In this document: positions 26,061 through 38,080 of the stretch, in pieces
How the letters are laid out: each line of letters starts with the position of its first letter
Position numbering within the stretch: the first letter of the stretch is position 1
The notes under the pieces: model-generated
Database searches by the model: none
What the model was told of the DNA's origin: nothing
What the model saw: the letters and a program-made list of their open reading frames with translations, nothing else
From: Raillietiella orientalis
Lineage: Eukaryota
Direction: 5' to 3'
Assembly: GCA_036172245.1 (NCBI GenBank)
Contig: JAYWIR010000073.1
Location: 310,001-374,000, forward strand
DNA: 64,000 nucleotides
Made by a program: the position numbers and the translations under genes

Positions 26061-27679
26061 CCCGCGCTGCCACTGCGGACGTCGCTGGTCTGCGCACCGC
26101 TCTTCAGCAGGTTCATCGCACGTGATAGAACTGACAGTCCTACCACAAAAATGTGGATTTTTATTCCTCTACGTAAGAAATGCCTCTGCATAACGGGTGA
26201 GGATCATCATCATCCAATGACGGCCGAATTCCCTCAGTCATTGTCAGTAGTGCAATAAAAAGTCCCTCATACCGGCATCCGTGGGAAATGAAATCCCCGG
26301 AACTCCCTAAAGGGCCATCACCCCGCCTCCCTCGCTAGACCGAGGACGCCATCGCCAGCCCGGCATGAAAAGTGTCCAGAGAGAGAGCATCGGGCAGCCA
26401 GAGTTCGCTGCAGAAAGTCCCAAGGGGTGCTCTGTCTCCAGGAGGCCTGGATAGGAGCACGGACATCCGCTTGCATCAGGAGAAGGTGGAAAGGTCATCC
26501 GGATCCCGAAGGGAGTCGACCAAACGGTCCGAGCAGCCGCGGACAATCGATCGAGGTCTCCGGGAGACCTTGGGATGGGCGGAGGGAAGCGGACCAGCCG
26601 CGTCGGGTCCGCGGCTCCGTGCACGAAGCCCCGGTTCATTTCGGATGCCCCCTCTCTTCTCGCCCGCGCTCGCCGGAGGGCTCTCCGGAGGCGTCGGCGA
26701 TCGGTCGCCCGTCTGCTGGCTGCGCCAACGGACCGCGAACAGCAAGCGGCACCCTCGCCACGCGCAGTGGGTATACCGCTGCCTGAGTCGCGGCGGTCGC
26801 AGCTCCGCGCCGAAAGGGACCATGGCAGCATGGACGCCGTCCCCGCTATTGCCTCCTTCCCAAGGATGACGGCAGGATGGCCACGGGGAGGAACCCGCCT
26901 GCGTCCCGGACAGGACGCTGCGACCCCTTCCCCTGTTCCCCATCCCACTCCATTCCCTCCCTTGTCTTCTCTGTGCGGACCTCTCCGCCCGAGAGCAGGA
27001 ATCGCCTCCGGAACGCTTACCGACGCAGTGGGATTCGGAATGCCGCTGCAAAGGAAGAATGACTTTTGTCCCTTTACGAGGAACGCCCTGGCGGAACACC
27101 CACCCAACTTGCCGATCAACGCTCCCGGCTTTCCATCACCCGGGTAACAAGGAGACAGTGTCCCAGCCACCCCGCCGCTCATGCTGCCACCAGCGGGGAC
27201 CGGTTTTCTAGAACCCATTTCTCTCCCTACGGCAGCGCGCTGTGGCCGCCATCCGGAAGCATGAGTCAGCTCTTCGTGATCACCCCGATGTCCTTTCGCG
27301 GGCCCACCGGCTTGTCGGGGACGCCGCGCCGGACCACCGCTCACGGCCCCTCGTCACCTGGACCAGGCCGACTCGTGGACACGTTCCGAGAGGAATACGC
27401 AGAGGGGGGGAAGGGGGAAAGGAGCTCGGCAGGCGCCTTCCGCGCCTCGACTTCTGGTTTCGGAAGACCGCCGTTTCGTCACCCGATCCCGGGAAGGTGG
27501 GGGGACTGCGCTCGGAACATTATCCCGGCCTGGTTACCCGAGGCAACCAGACTTGCTGCGACCATCGGGAGCTGTCAGTCCCGCGGACTCTAGCTGGCCA
27601 GAACCTCCTTCCACGTGGAGCGAAGACATCCCTGGCAAAGGACTACCAACGAGGTTCAGGACGAAGCCTCCGCTCATCC

Positions 27680-27900
27680 GTCCGAGAGTATCCTCCCCCC
27701 CTCGAGGCGAAGTTTCCAAGGGAGGTCGCTTCATCCTCTTCCCCCGCCTTTCTCCTCCGCAGCCGGCTCGTCAGGAACGTCGCGAACTCGGCATCACCCT
27801 GAAGACTCCCCCCCTCCTCCAACACCACCGACGATCTGCCGCGGCGCTGCCTCGCCATGTGGACTGCGGCTGACCGCTCCGAGTCGTGTGACCGGGTGAA
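27680..27900 (+). repeat. Interspersed repeat (LINE body fragment) homologous to ~44770-45000 (-)
   Basis: Shared blocks: gaagtttccaagg, ctccgcagccg, cgtcgcgaact.ggcatcac and tcgccatgtggactgc (RRELGIT peptide in both). Confidence 0.75.
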
Positions 27901-29269
27901 AACGGTCCAGAGGGTCGCGACGCCAACACAGCAGGATGGCGTGCGCGCTCGGTGCTTGCATTTGGCGGCCCAAGCCCTGGGCTCGCTGCCGCCCGTTCCG
28001 GCGCTTGCGCGCCAATAAGTCAGTGGCGTGCGACGGCCCGTGCGCTTTGCGCGGACCTCCCTCCCGTCAGTCGGAAAATTCTGGGGTTACCAAGCAACCT
28101 GTTCCCGGAAGGCACAGACTCTGACTTCCGGCCTGGAATCGATCCGGTCGCGCCCCCGCTGGCGGGCGAGGCACAGGGAGCTCGAGGACGGAGCGCCAGA
28201 GTGGCGCCTTTCGGGAACGCTCAGTCGGTATAAAGTGCGCGGTTCCGCCGCTTGAGAGCGCTCGGTTTCGGCGTCCGGGAAGGGGACACAGTGCCGTCCT
28301 CGATGCGGGAGTTACCATGGGGACGGAGACCGCCTTTCTTTCCGCACCGGATTGAGAGCCGCTCCAGGTTGCCTCCAGGAGACAACGCGCTGCTCGCGCG
28401 CCCGATGGCGTAGTCGCCTCTGGGACTGCGGTTGCCAATGCTCCGCGCACTCCGTCACGTGACCGCTGGTGAAACTCACTCGGGCACGGGGGGGGGAGTA
28501 ACGGCTTTTGGTTTCCGGGCTTTCGGTTTCCGGGCTCCCGGCGAGAAGCTGGAGAAATGAGTCCGGGGAGCCCCCTGACCTCGGTCCGGGCAATTCCATC
28601 CGCGTGCTTCTCGACGTCCGAGGTGCCTCCGCCACTTTGTCCGTTCGTGCAGTGCCACGGAACGCTGTGAGAACCTTCCTACGCAACCATCAGTTTGAGT
28701 CGCTGAAGCTCCAGCGCCTCTACTTTTGACCCGTCCCGTTCATCCCTCATGCAACGTCACGGGTGTCCTGACTCACCAGGGCGAGTGGCCATCGGCAAGG
28801 ATGGGTTGGACGTTGCATCCGCCACGCTCTCTCTCTCACTCTCCCTCTCGAGAGAGAAAGAAAACTATGCGCTATGAAAGCGTTGCCAGAGGGCGGGAGA
28901 GGTGCCGTTTGCTCTGCTGACTTGTGATGTTACTCTGAAACTTCGAGCAGGAGACGTGGAGTGCGGAGAGAGGGAGTCCCTCGAAAGCCCTGGAGATCCA
29001 AAGCGAAGGACTGCACCGAAAATGCCCTTCTTTCTTGCACGGGAGAACGTTCGGGGAACGCTCCCGTCGGCTATGGGGAAGGAGGGAAGGGGACCTTACT
29101 GTTCCATCCCGAAGACCATCCAGGTTCTCGAGGAAGGCGAACGAAGGCAGCACGACGAAGGAGGGGAGGGGGGACTTCGTGCCAAGGTCATGCCGCTGGC
29201 ATGTGGCCAGTGCAAGCTAGAATCCCTTCGCGTTTCCTCGAGTCTCCCCGAGGGGTGAGCCACGCCACA

Positions 29270-30480
29270 AGAAGGAATCAGAGTGGAAGGTTGCGTTGCG
29301 GGGCCCGCGTCGGAGCCCCTGTGGCTGCTGCGGTCTCCGAGCTCGGCACCACCAAGCGCACCCGTTTCGAATACTTCGAACGGAATCGCCGTGGATTCGT
29401 GCGGCTTCCGCAAGATGACGATGGTTGTCCCGCATGCATTCGGGTGCGGCGCTGGTAGCGGTTGATACCGGATGCCCCCGATGAGGGCAGGGACACTGAA
29501 AGTCCACTTCCGGGACCTTACAGGACTCAGGGAGCTGGAGTTCTTCCCTTCCGGTTATGCAAAGGAGAACGGACCCCTTAGCGTGGGGGGACCTTTCCGG
29601 TTCATTCAGATGGAAGAGGTGCGTCACCACCTCTCCAGAGAGTGCAGAGAGTGAACCGATCTCTTCGGAGGAGCAGCGCCCTCCTGAATTGTGGAAACGT
29701 CCCTTCGGGGTGCTCTTCAGAGGAGGAGTAAACAGGAGCGGGTTCCCTCCGGAGAAGAAATGCCAGGAGCGGGCATCTTCGGGGATCCCTGCTGAGAGAA
29801 TAAGGAAGGAGATTTTCCTTTGGGGTTGCCTTCGGAGACAAGCAGGGTGGAGAGGAACGGGGCGCCCTCATCTTGAAGAATTCCACGCATCCTTGAGTGG
29901 CGTAGAACAGCGTTAAAGGTCTGCGTGAGCCGCCGCCAGAAGTGCGACGGTTCTTGAGGCACTCAGCGAACCCCCAAAAATAAAAACCCGAAAGAAAAAA
30001 CAAGAAAAAAAAGCTTTAAGCAAGAAAAACAGAGAAGACAGAAAAGAACCCCGGAAGGATCTCCATCATCTCTTCTGTCAGATTTCACTACCTTACATAT
30101 GCTATATTCAGGGTGATTTTCTTCTGAAGACGCATCCGAGGAGGAAACGGTTCCTCGACCAAGGCGTATCGAGAAATCTCCTGGATGACCCGCACACACG
30201 AGCGTGCATTCGTTTTTGCATATGGCTCTTCTCTTTGACCCGCAGAGGTCCTCACGGTGGAGACTAGTCAACACCTCGGTAAGCACTGGTTGGCGTGGAA
30301 CCATCGAAATAGGGTCCGAAAGGCCGATGCAATTCCGGGCAGAACCTCGCCCTGCCAGGTTTCGGCGACTTGTTCCAGTTGACTTCAGGCCAGCAGCATT
30401 CTTCCTCGGACTCTTGGATGGTGTTTCCTCTTTCCTTCCTGTTTGGATCGAAATTTCTTGATCCAGTCACCATTTGCTCG
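29270..30480 (-). mobile_element. LINE 3' remnant plus junction repeat copy
   Basis: WPEVNWNK and Cys-containing remnants at 30.1-30.4 kb, then a T-rich tract on the minus strand at ~30000. 29437-29525 (cattcgggtgcggcgctggtagcgg...) closely matches the reverse complement of ~58670-58757. Confidence 0.65.
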
Positions 30481-31137
30481 TGCAAAATTAGGAAACGTCA
30501 GGAAAATTGGGAAGCACCCTAGAAAATGGATGCATTTCGTCCCTCGGATAATCAGACCATGGTGCTTCCCAAATTCGCTAGTTTCACTCCCCACCCCCTC
30601 CCCAGTGACCTCCGGAAACGGAAAATTTTATGCTTCCTGTTGGCTCTTTGGAAGTTCTGCTAAGCACATAATGAAGAGCCCTTCCGATGTGCTTTGACGG
30701 ATGCGCGCTCCGAGGTTTTTGCCATCTTCCCGCAGTGCATCGGGTGGCAGACCTTTTCTGCCTGAGGTTTTCGGAGACTGCGCTCAGCCCTCAACGAGGA
30801 AATACCACCGCCAGACTGCACGGAAACCGTCGCAGCGGAGACCCTGGCAAATTCGGATTTTGGCTCTTGGCTAACGACCGACTCTACGAGCCTCGTGCGC
30901 GCAACCCTCTGTGTCCCAAGGCTGTGTGGGTTTCTTCAAGCCTGACCACCATTTCGTTGGTTCGGAGCTTTAAATTCACGGGGCGAGGTAGGGGGTACCA
31001 GATCTCGTTTGCAGCGTGTACCGTCCTCCAGCACGCTGTGGAGAAGGAGGAAGGAGAGACCGATATTTAGAACCAGAAAATTCTTCTAATCGTTTGCGCG
31101 GTGTGAAGGAAGCACCTGTGTCGGAGTGCATAAGGAA

Positions 31138-33117
31138 ATGATGGAAAGGAACAGAAATCTGAGAAGTGTAGCAGAAGAAATTGGAAATATCCCGGAATTT
31201 TATTGGCTGAACTCACGGAGACTGCCCAGAGAAGACACAGAGAGGCCCTCTTTTGGAACTGGTGGCACATTCTTCAGCACGCTGCCCAGAGAACACAGAG
31301 AGAGGCCCTCTTTTGGAACTGGTGGCACATTCTTCAGCACGCTGCCCAGAGAACACACAGAGAGGCCCTCTTTTGGAACTGGTGGCACATTCTTCAACAT
31401 GCATCTTCCGTCGCTTCAGGAACATCTCCGTTCCTTCAATTCCATACCCTTAGGAACGTGGTTTCACGATGAGCTAGACGATATGTTTCCCATTCCAAGT
31501 GCGGCTTTACCTCCTCGAAGGACTCTGAACGGATCTAGCAATGCACAGATCCGGGACGCTGCTGCTCAGAAGAAGGTTCCGTCAAAACGCGCAGGGAGTT
31601 CCGTCAAAACGCACCTGCAGACTGCGCACAGTCTGCAGGTGGTTGTGCCTCATGAGGTTTCTCTGCAAGGAAATGGGTTGGCGAGGGCCCTCCTCGGCAT
31701 CGAAGATTGTGATTCCCTCGCAGCAACGTTGTACCGCGTGACACCGCTGCATCTGGCAGTGTTGAATGATAACAAACCTCTTGCCGAAGTCCTCTTGGAG
31801 CACAACGCTGACGTCAACGCTGCTATGAGCACCGGGAAAACTGCCCTCCACCTCGCTGCGTCCATCGAAAGCATCAGTATGGCTCAGCTGCTCCTAAGCC
31901 ACAACGCCTATGCCGATGCACAGGATGAGAATGGAGAGAACTGCCTTCACTATTCGTTGAGGAATCTGAATCAGGAGATGATGAATCTTTTTTTGCAGCA
32001 CATTGACAACATCGACGCTCAAAACTACTGTGGATTGACCGCTCTCCACTTGGCTTCAATGAGTCCCAGCAGAGCAACGGTGAAGAGCATCCTGGATCGC
32101 AAAGCTAATCTTAATTTGAAAAACAAAGAAGGAACAACCGTGCTCCACATTGCTGTGCAGAACTCAGACAAAAATCTGACGACCTTGCTTCTTAACTACA
32201 AAGCCGACCCCAACGTACAAGATGTGAAAGGAGAAACCGCGCTCCACTCTGCTGTTAAGAACAAGGATGAGGAGCTAGTGGATCTCCTCCTGGATTACAG
32301 CGCTGATGTGAACGTCGAGGATGAGCATGGCAACACTGCGCTACACATGGTTCCCCCCCGTGCACTTGATATCCTCATGAATCTCCTGGAAAATGGTGGC
32401 GACTTCAACCGCACGAACAAGGAAGGGAGAACGCCGCTGGAGAATGCCATCGAAGCTTGTAAGGTCTCATCTAAGGAGATCAGTCTGCACTACTTCTACT
32501 GCCACAACAATTCCACCGAAATTGGATTCGGGGCCTGTGCTCAGCTCTACACGAAATTTGTAGCAAAGTGGAAATCCCTGGGGCTCCATGTGAGCGAGGA
32601 GAACTTACGTGCCCTCAGGACATGTGAATCTTTGGGCTTGCAAGATCTGCTATGTGAATGTGAGAGACAAATTGAGAAAATGAGGAGGAGCAAAGCTGTT
32701 TATAAGATTCCGTATTACGATGTTTTGATGAAAAGAAGGAACCAGTTGGCTGAGTGCATCTGCAATAGAGTCCTCGAGAAGCTCTTCGAAATGGAAGACC
32801 ACAAGTTTGAGTACGACGAAATGGCCGAGATTCTGGAGGACCAGTTTGAACGAGGGAAGAAGAGGGGGGCGTTGCTAGAAGAATTCAATGAGGCTTTTGG
32901 GTCTCCTCACGCAAGCTGTTCCATTTTGCCAGGCAACTGTAGGGATCAGATATCTGATTATTTAACTGATAGGCAGCTAGCAAAGTTTGTGGATGCTTTC
33001 AGATCCGAGTGCCCTCAGTCCCGACCTCCCTACAGCTATGAAAAACGTTTTTTTAGAAAATCCGTATCGTTTGGATGTTACTGTTCTGATCAGTGGAATA
33101 CCGTCAAACTTTGGTGA
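31138..33117 (+). CDS. Intronless ankyrin-repeat protein with C-terminal PRANC/F-box-like domain (~659 aa)
   Basis: Uninterrupted ORF with about 8 ANK repeats (TPLHLAV, GKTALHLAA, GLTALHLAS, GETALHSAV...). The C-terminus KFVAKWKSLGLHVSEENL...CERQIEKM...YYDVL...LPGNCRDQISDYLTDRQL fits the PRANC pattern. First ATG at 31138. Confidence 0.9.
   Translation: MMERNRNLRSVAEEIGNIPEFYWLNSRRLPREDTERPSFGTGGTFFSTLPREHRERPSFGTGGTFFSTLPREHTERPSFGTGGTFFNMHLPSLQEHLRSFNSIPLGTWFHDELDDMFPIPSAALPPRRTLNGSSNAQIRDAAAQKKVPSKRAGSSVKTHLQTAHSLQVVVPHEVSLQGNGLARALLGIEDCDSLAATLYRVTPLHLAVLNDNKPLAEVLLEHNADVNAAMSTGKTALHLAASIESISMAQLLLSHNAYADAQDENGENCLHYSLRNLNQEMMNLFLQHIDNIDAQNYCGLTALHLASMSPSRATVKSILDRKANLNLKNKEGTTVLHIAVQNSDKNLTTLLLNYKADPNVQDVKGETALHSAVKNKDEELVDLLLDYSADVNVEDEHGNTALHMVPPRALDILMNLLENGGDFNRTNKEGRTPLENAIEACKVSSKEISLHYFYCHNNSTEIGFGACAQLYTKFVAKWKSLGLHVSEENLRALRTCESLGLQDLLCECERQIEKMRRSKAVYKIPYYDVLMKRRNQLAECICNRVLEKLFEMEDHKFEYDEMAEILEDQFERGKKRGALLEEFNEAFGSPHASCSILPGNCRDQISDYLTDRQLAKFVDAFRSECPQSRPPYSYEKRFFRKSVSFGCYCSDQWNTVKLW
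31222..31396 (+). repeat. In-frame 60-bp tandem repeat, ~2.9 copies
   Basis: Near-identical units encoding LPRE(D/H)(T/R)ERPSFGTGGTFFST. Confidence 0.97.
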
Positions 33118-33191
33118 ACGAATTCTCCCTCCTGGAGGCTGTGAGTTTCCTTTTTTTTTTTTTTACTTTCGACAAACTTGGTAGAAGGCAC

Positions 33192-33255
33192 CATTTGCTC
33201 AAGGAACGTTTCTTACTTTCCTTGAGCAAATGACCTTTCCGCAAGAAACGTTCCT
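33192..33255. repeat. Interlocked double inverted repeat (15-bp and 13-bp stems)
   Basis: catttgctcaaggaa 33192-33206 pairs with 33218-33232; aggaacgtttctt 33202-33214 pairs with 33243-33255. Confidence 0.95.
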
Positions 33256-34439
33256 AGTGGTGGCCCTGTTCCTCCCGAAGTCATTCCTCAGCTTTGCATA
33301 CGCGTTCCATCCACGCTGCACCAAAGGCAAGCCCGAAGACTCTGCAAGCAGGGAGGCTCGCTAGCTGAGGCGGGTCCGGCAGCGTCCCAACCGCCTACTT
33401 TTCACCCGGCAGAAGACCGGACGCGCTTGGGCGCAGGGAAGAAACTAGACATGGACGAAGATGGACGTGCCGGCGGAAGCGGATTCGTGGACCCGGCGTC
33501 CATACCCAGTGGGCGCCAGTAGCCCGTTCCTCGTTCCGCGCTACCCTCACTGTGGGCAACCGTGCCTCGACTCCACGTAGAAGTGGACGTTGATCACGGC
33601 GTACGTGCCTGCGCCGATTTGGGGCCTGGTGCGCGCACCCGGTCGCGCCCTACACGTTACGCTGGCGGAGAGCACAGCGCAGCCGCCGCAACGTGGAGCG
33701 CCCTTCGTGCAGGACCTGAGCGGCGCCAGCGGCGCCGCAGGCACTTTGGCTGCGGTGGGCGGCGGCTGAGGGATGGCGGCCCGCAGCGGCGGCTTCCACT
33801 CGTCGGCCAGCGTTTACGACTACAGCAGCGCGGTGGGCGGCTCTGCTGTTCGTCGCAGCGCCCTACGCTCCCGGATGACCTCCGCCAGGAGCAGGCCAGC
33901 TTCTTCCGAACGCTGCTCCTCTGCTGCTTGCCTCCGTTGGAGGAAGAAAAGTCTTCCGACGAGTTCCCATGGAACAAATACACGTAGCGTGAAGAAAAGT
34001 TCAATTACGGTGGATTCTTTTTTGTTTTGCGATGCTTGGATGAAAAGGGAATGGGTCGGCTGCCGATTCAAAATGTCGAAGCAGCATCTCCACAATCCTT
34101 TTGTTATTCATTTATATTTGGGATCAACTGAAAGCAAAACACATCTTCCGGCATGGGGTCGCTCGAAGTGGTCACATTCGAACGAGAAAAATGATGGTTC
34201 GTCAGCTTCGCAAAGTTGACATGAGAATTCGCATCGGAAAATTGTCAGCAGGATTGCGATGGGATGACAAAGGATGTCTCCCGTATCTCAGTGGGAAATG
34301 CAGTGAATTCTTGTGAAATGTCTTCTGAGGCTTGCCAACTTCTGGTGGGCATCAGCCAGCCAGTCAGGACATGGCTATGGTTGCCATATAGGGGTAAGAA
34401 AGAACCCTTTCTAGAGTCGACTTTGGCAGCAGCACAGCT

Positions 34440-35760
34440 AAGCTTGCAAACCTGCGCAACCATGACCAACATGGAGGACAGTCTTCCTAATTCCCGGGTT
34501 TCCAGTGACCGCTCGTGGGTCGCCCTGCTTGCTTCGCGTGGGTCGACTCCGGAGGCGGCGGAGTAGCCCGCCAGCGGGTTGACGTGCGACCCAGGCACCT
34601 TGGAAGGGCAGCTGCCGCGCTCCTTGCACGTGCGTCTGCCAAAGGAGGTCACCGTGATGGCAGCCTCCTGCATGAGAGCAAGATGACCTCACCTGGAAGA
34701 AGTGAAAGAGGAGATCGCCGGCATCCAGCTCCGGGTTTGAAATGAAGGAACGGTGGACACCGGTGACCCTTGTTTCCTGCCACCCCCTTTTTTATTTTTT
34801 CCTCATTTCCCAGTTTCTTTCGCTTCAGACATTCCCCTTTTTTTTTGCACATTTTTCCCGGCGTGCGCAGAGTAAGGTCTTGCCCCATCCTCCCGGATTT
34901 CCGCATGTTTTTTTTTTTGAGTTGTGCTCCTACCCCTTCTCCTATCCCGTTCCTGATTTTTCGATATTTTGGCCTTCCCTCAGCTTCCGTTTCCGATTGG
35001 GAACTGCATCTTCCCGTCTGATTCATTTTCGATTCAAGAAACGGAAAACTTCGCAGCTAACGACACCGAGGAATGAGAGCATCATTAAGAAGCATAAGTC
35101 GAAGCAGAGTGTGCACCGACACGCAGGTCGGGATCCCCAAAATTATTGAACGGAACGAAGGGGACAGTAAACAGATGAATGAATAAAGGGAGGGTGGAGA
35201 CGGGGGTCACGGGTGATGGCCTCTCCTTTCTAGAACCGACGCTGGATGCCGGCGACCTCTCCCGGGAGAAGCAGCGACGGGGTCATCGAATCGCTCTCAC
35301 ACGTGCCGACGAACCGCGGCGTCTTCCGCCCATTGCAAGAACCCCAGCTCTCCTGCATCCTGAGGACATCCGCTGGCCCGGCTGCGTCGATTCTTCCCGC
35401 GGGAACGCCTCACGCCTGCCTCAGCGATCGCGACCTTGTGTTGCGTTCGCGGTATCCTCACTGCCCTGGAGGCAACGATCCCTGTGCATCCACCCCCGCA
35501 CACCTATATTATTAATTTGTTCACCCTGCTCTCCTCTCAGTGCGGCGGAGAATTCCTCCTCTTTGCCGGGAGCATCGGCGACTCCCTCCCAGCGGAACTT
35601 CTTTTTGGTTCCTCCTTTCCTTTGAGAGACACCAGGAGCCGCGCTCCCTGCTTGACGTGGTCTCATCTTTTTGTCAGAATAAGCGCCCCGGCTCACTCGG
35701 GTTGCCCAACCCTCTAAAGGAAGTTCGAAGAGGACTTCGCCGCCATCCAGGAGGAGTCTC
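34440..35760 (+). mobile_element. LINE 3' remnant with downstream junction-repeat fragment
   Basis: Frame ends ...EVTVMAASCMRAR*PHLEEVKEEIAGIQLRV* at ~34740, then a T-rich tract. ~35590-35640 resembles ~58388-58435. Confidence 0.55.
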
Positions 35761-38080
35761 CTCGATGGCACCCCTATGTGCTCAAAGTACCTGACTGAGG
35801 CGATCTCCGGGATGATCCAGAGAGACTGTCCCTCCCTCGTCGCACGCAGGAGGGGACGACCACGCTCTTGCTCCTGTTGACATCCACGCTCACCCGCCTG
35901 AGAATCGGCCTGAAGAAGTGGTGGAGCCCAGCTGCCTGAGTGGATGCAGGAAACAGGAGAGGCAGGACGTCCGCGCGAGCGTTCCCGGTCGACAAGCCCG
36001 GGCGGGAGCGGGGAAGGCTGGCCAGCCGCAGTCTGAGCGCCTTCGACAACAACTGGAGGGAGATACTGAAGGGCAGGGGGCTTGAGGTGTCGCCCTGCGT
36101 GATGGCATCTGGGCGCAGGAAGTGGGGGAACGTGGCATCAGCCGAAATGAACGCTGGCGCGTGCGTAGCACCAGCAGGAGCGCAGGGAAGCGAGCACGTG
36201 TGCTGACAGGTCGAGACCTTCCAAGAGATGCGCGAGATGGTTGACGCAGTCGACCGTCAAGGCGCTCAGTGTTGCTCCTGCTATCCAGAGCAGCGGGATG
36301 CTGTATCCGGAGACATATCCGTCCGAAAAAGAGGTTTGCATCCATGCGTCGACCTGGAAGAGCAGATGTCGCCTCCAGTGACTCGAGGAATTCATGAACA
36401 TAAATTTTATAATGATAAAAAATTACATTCCAACATCATTATGTTACATATATATATGTGTGAACATACATTATTTATTTATTGTATATTTATATTAAAT
36501 TTATACCTGATTTTAAGTATAACATTTATAATAAATTCGCGAGAGTAAGTAAACATATGCTTTGATTTATACAAAACACCAAATATTTCATACAATAATA
36601 ATTTATTAATACTCTATAATATATTACATCTTAATAAATATGTTAAATATTGATGGAGGATGTAAGTGTAATGTTCTTGAAAATATTTTCTTGTTAATGA
36701 GATGAGTTTCTTTTTAGTATATTGTAAAAGGACGACTCCTCGATCCTCCCCAGCCGCGCGACCCACGGCTTCCACAACAACCTGATGTGCGAGTTCACCA
36801 GAGTGATCGGACGCCAGCTGTTGAAAAGGCGGAGGGGGCGCACCTTCTCCGAGCGGGAGGAGGCAGGCACACCGCCTGCCTCCCCCCCTTTCCCCAGCGG
36901 CAAGAAGCTCCGCATTAGGGGGGGCCAGCAAGCAACCGAAGCAGCTGAGAAGGCAGACCTCCTCGCCTGGTGCACGACCGCTGCAGAGGTGAGTGGACAG
37001 ACTCTCTCGGCGCTTCTTACCATTGCCAAGGAGAAGTCTCCCTGCGGCTTCCGTCGCGTAAGCTACACGGTGACCAAGCTCTCGGGCGGCTGTCGACGGG
37101 GAATTCCAGTGGGTAAGTTTCACGGCCTGGAATGGTGCCGAAGGAAACCGCCTGCGGGAAGTCCTTGGTGCAACTGACAGCGCCATCAGAACACCGGAAC
37201 GTGAAACCTAGCGTCGAGACGCGCGCATCACTTCCCATCCCATCCCGGAACGGGGAAACCAAGCAGATGGCACTTTATTGACCGGTAGCTTGCGGCTGGC
37301 GACGTCGAGGAGCACCCTCCGGAGGAACCTGCCGATCCTCCTCCTAGCGGCGGTCATCCGGGAGGGGAGGGTGCTGTGACGAATAGCAGAACCACCGCCC
37401 GCGCTGTTGCGGCCGTCGACGCTGGCGGACGGGTCGGAGCTGTTGCGGGCCGCCGTCCCGCTACTGCTGCTCGCGACAGCCAAAACGCCGCAGTCGAATC
37501 CTCCTCCATTGCCGGCTGTTCTGTGTCCGTCGCCAGGGGAACGTCTTTGGGGCGACAGGGATCGCACACCATGCCCCAATCTGCTCAGGAGCAGCCACCG
37601 TTACTCGTGCCCACTCGTGGAACCCATCATATGGAGTGCGGCTGATAGAGCTCCTTTGATTAATTTCTTATGGAGAAACGTCTGCAAAATGCTTGAGCAA
37701 TTCATCAACGGTCCTTCTTTTGATTAGATGACGAATGGCCATAGCAAACGTCATACTTTAACTTGTGAGCACGTTCCATCACAGTAGGAGTCAATTTTCA
37801 TTGGGCCTATTATTCCCCACTTGAGAGAAACGGAGCAGCTCACGTGAAATCATGGAATTGGTTTTCCGTGTGCCCAGGGAGCTTCTGTTCCCCAATGCGT
37901 GCTGGCAAGCGTGGAAACGCCTTTCATGCGGATGGCGCGGAGGTGCTCGTGGTTGCTCGAGTGTGCAGCACCAGTCGAATGGGCCTTTAAAATGAAAAAT
38001 CCCAGCGAAGGTTGCGTAAGGTTCGTTTGTAGTTGCAGCCAGCGGAACTTAACGTTCCATCCCAAGCCGACGTTAAAAGG

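Noticed and set aside
26307..27344. 345-aa minus-strand ORF and other long Arg/Gly/Pro-rich ORFs at 13-17, 26-29 and 55-56 kb
   Set aside because: Expected in GC-rich decayed repeat DNA; no recognisable domains.
31222..31396. CRISPR-like array
   Set aside because: Units are contiguous with no unique spacers and lie in frame in a eukaryotic ORF.
33547..33744. TYAVINVHFY as a hAT transposase motif
   Set aside because: Single short resemblance with no supporting motifs or TIRs.
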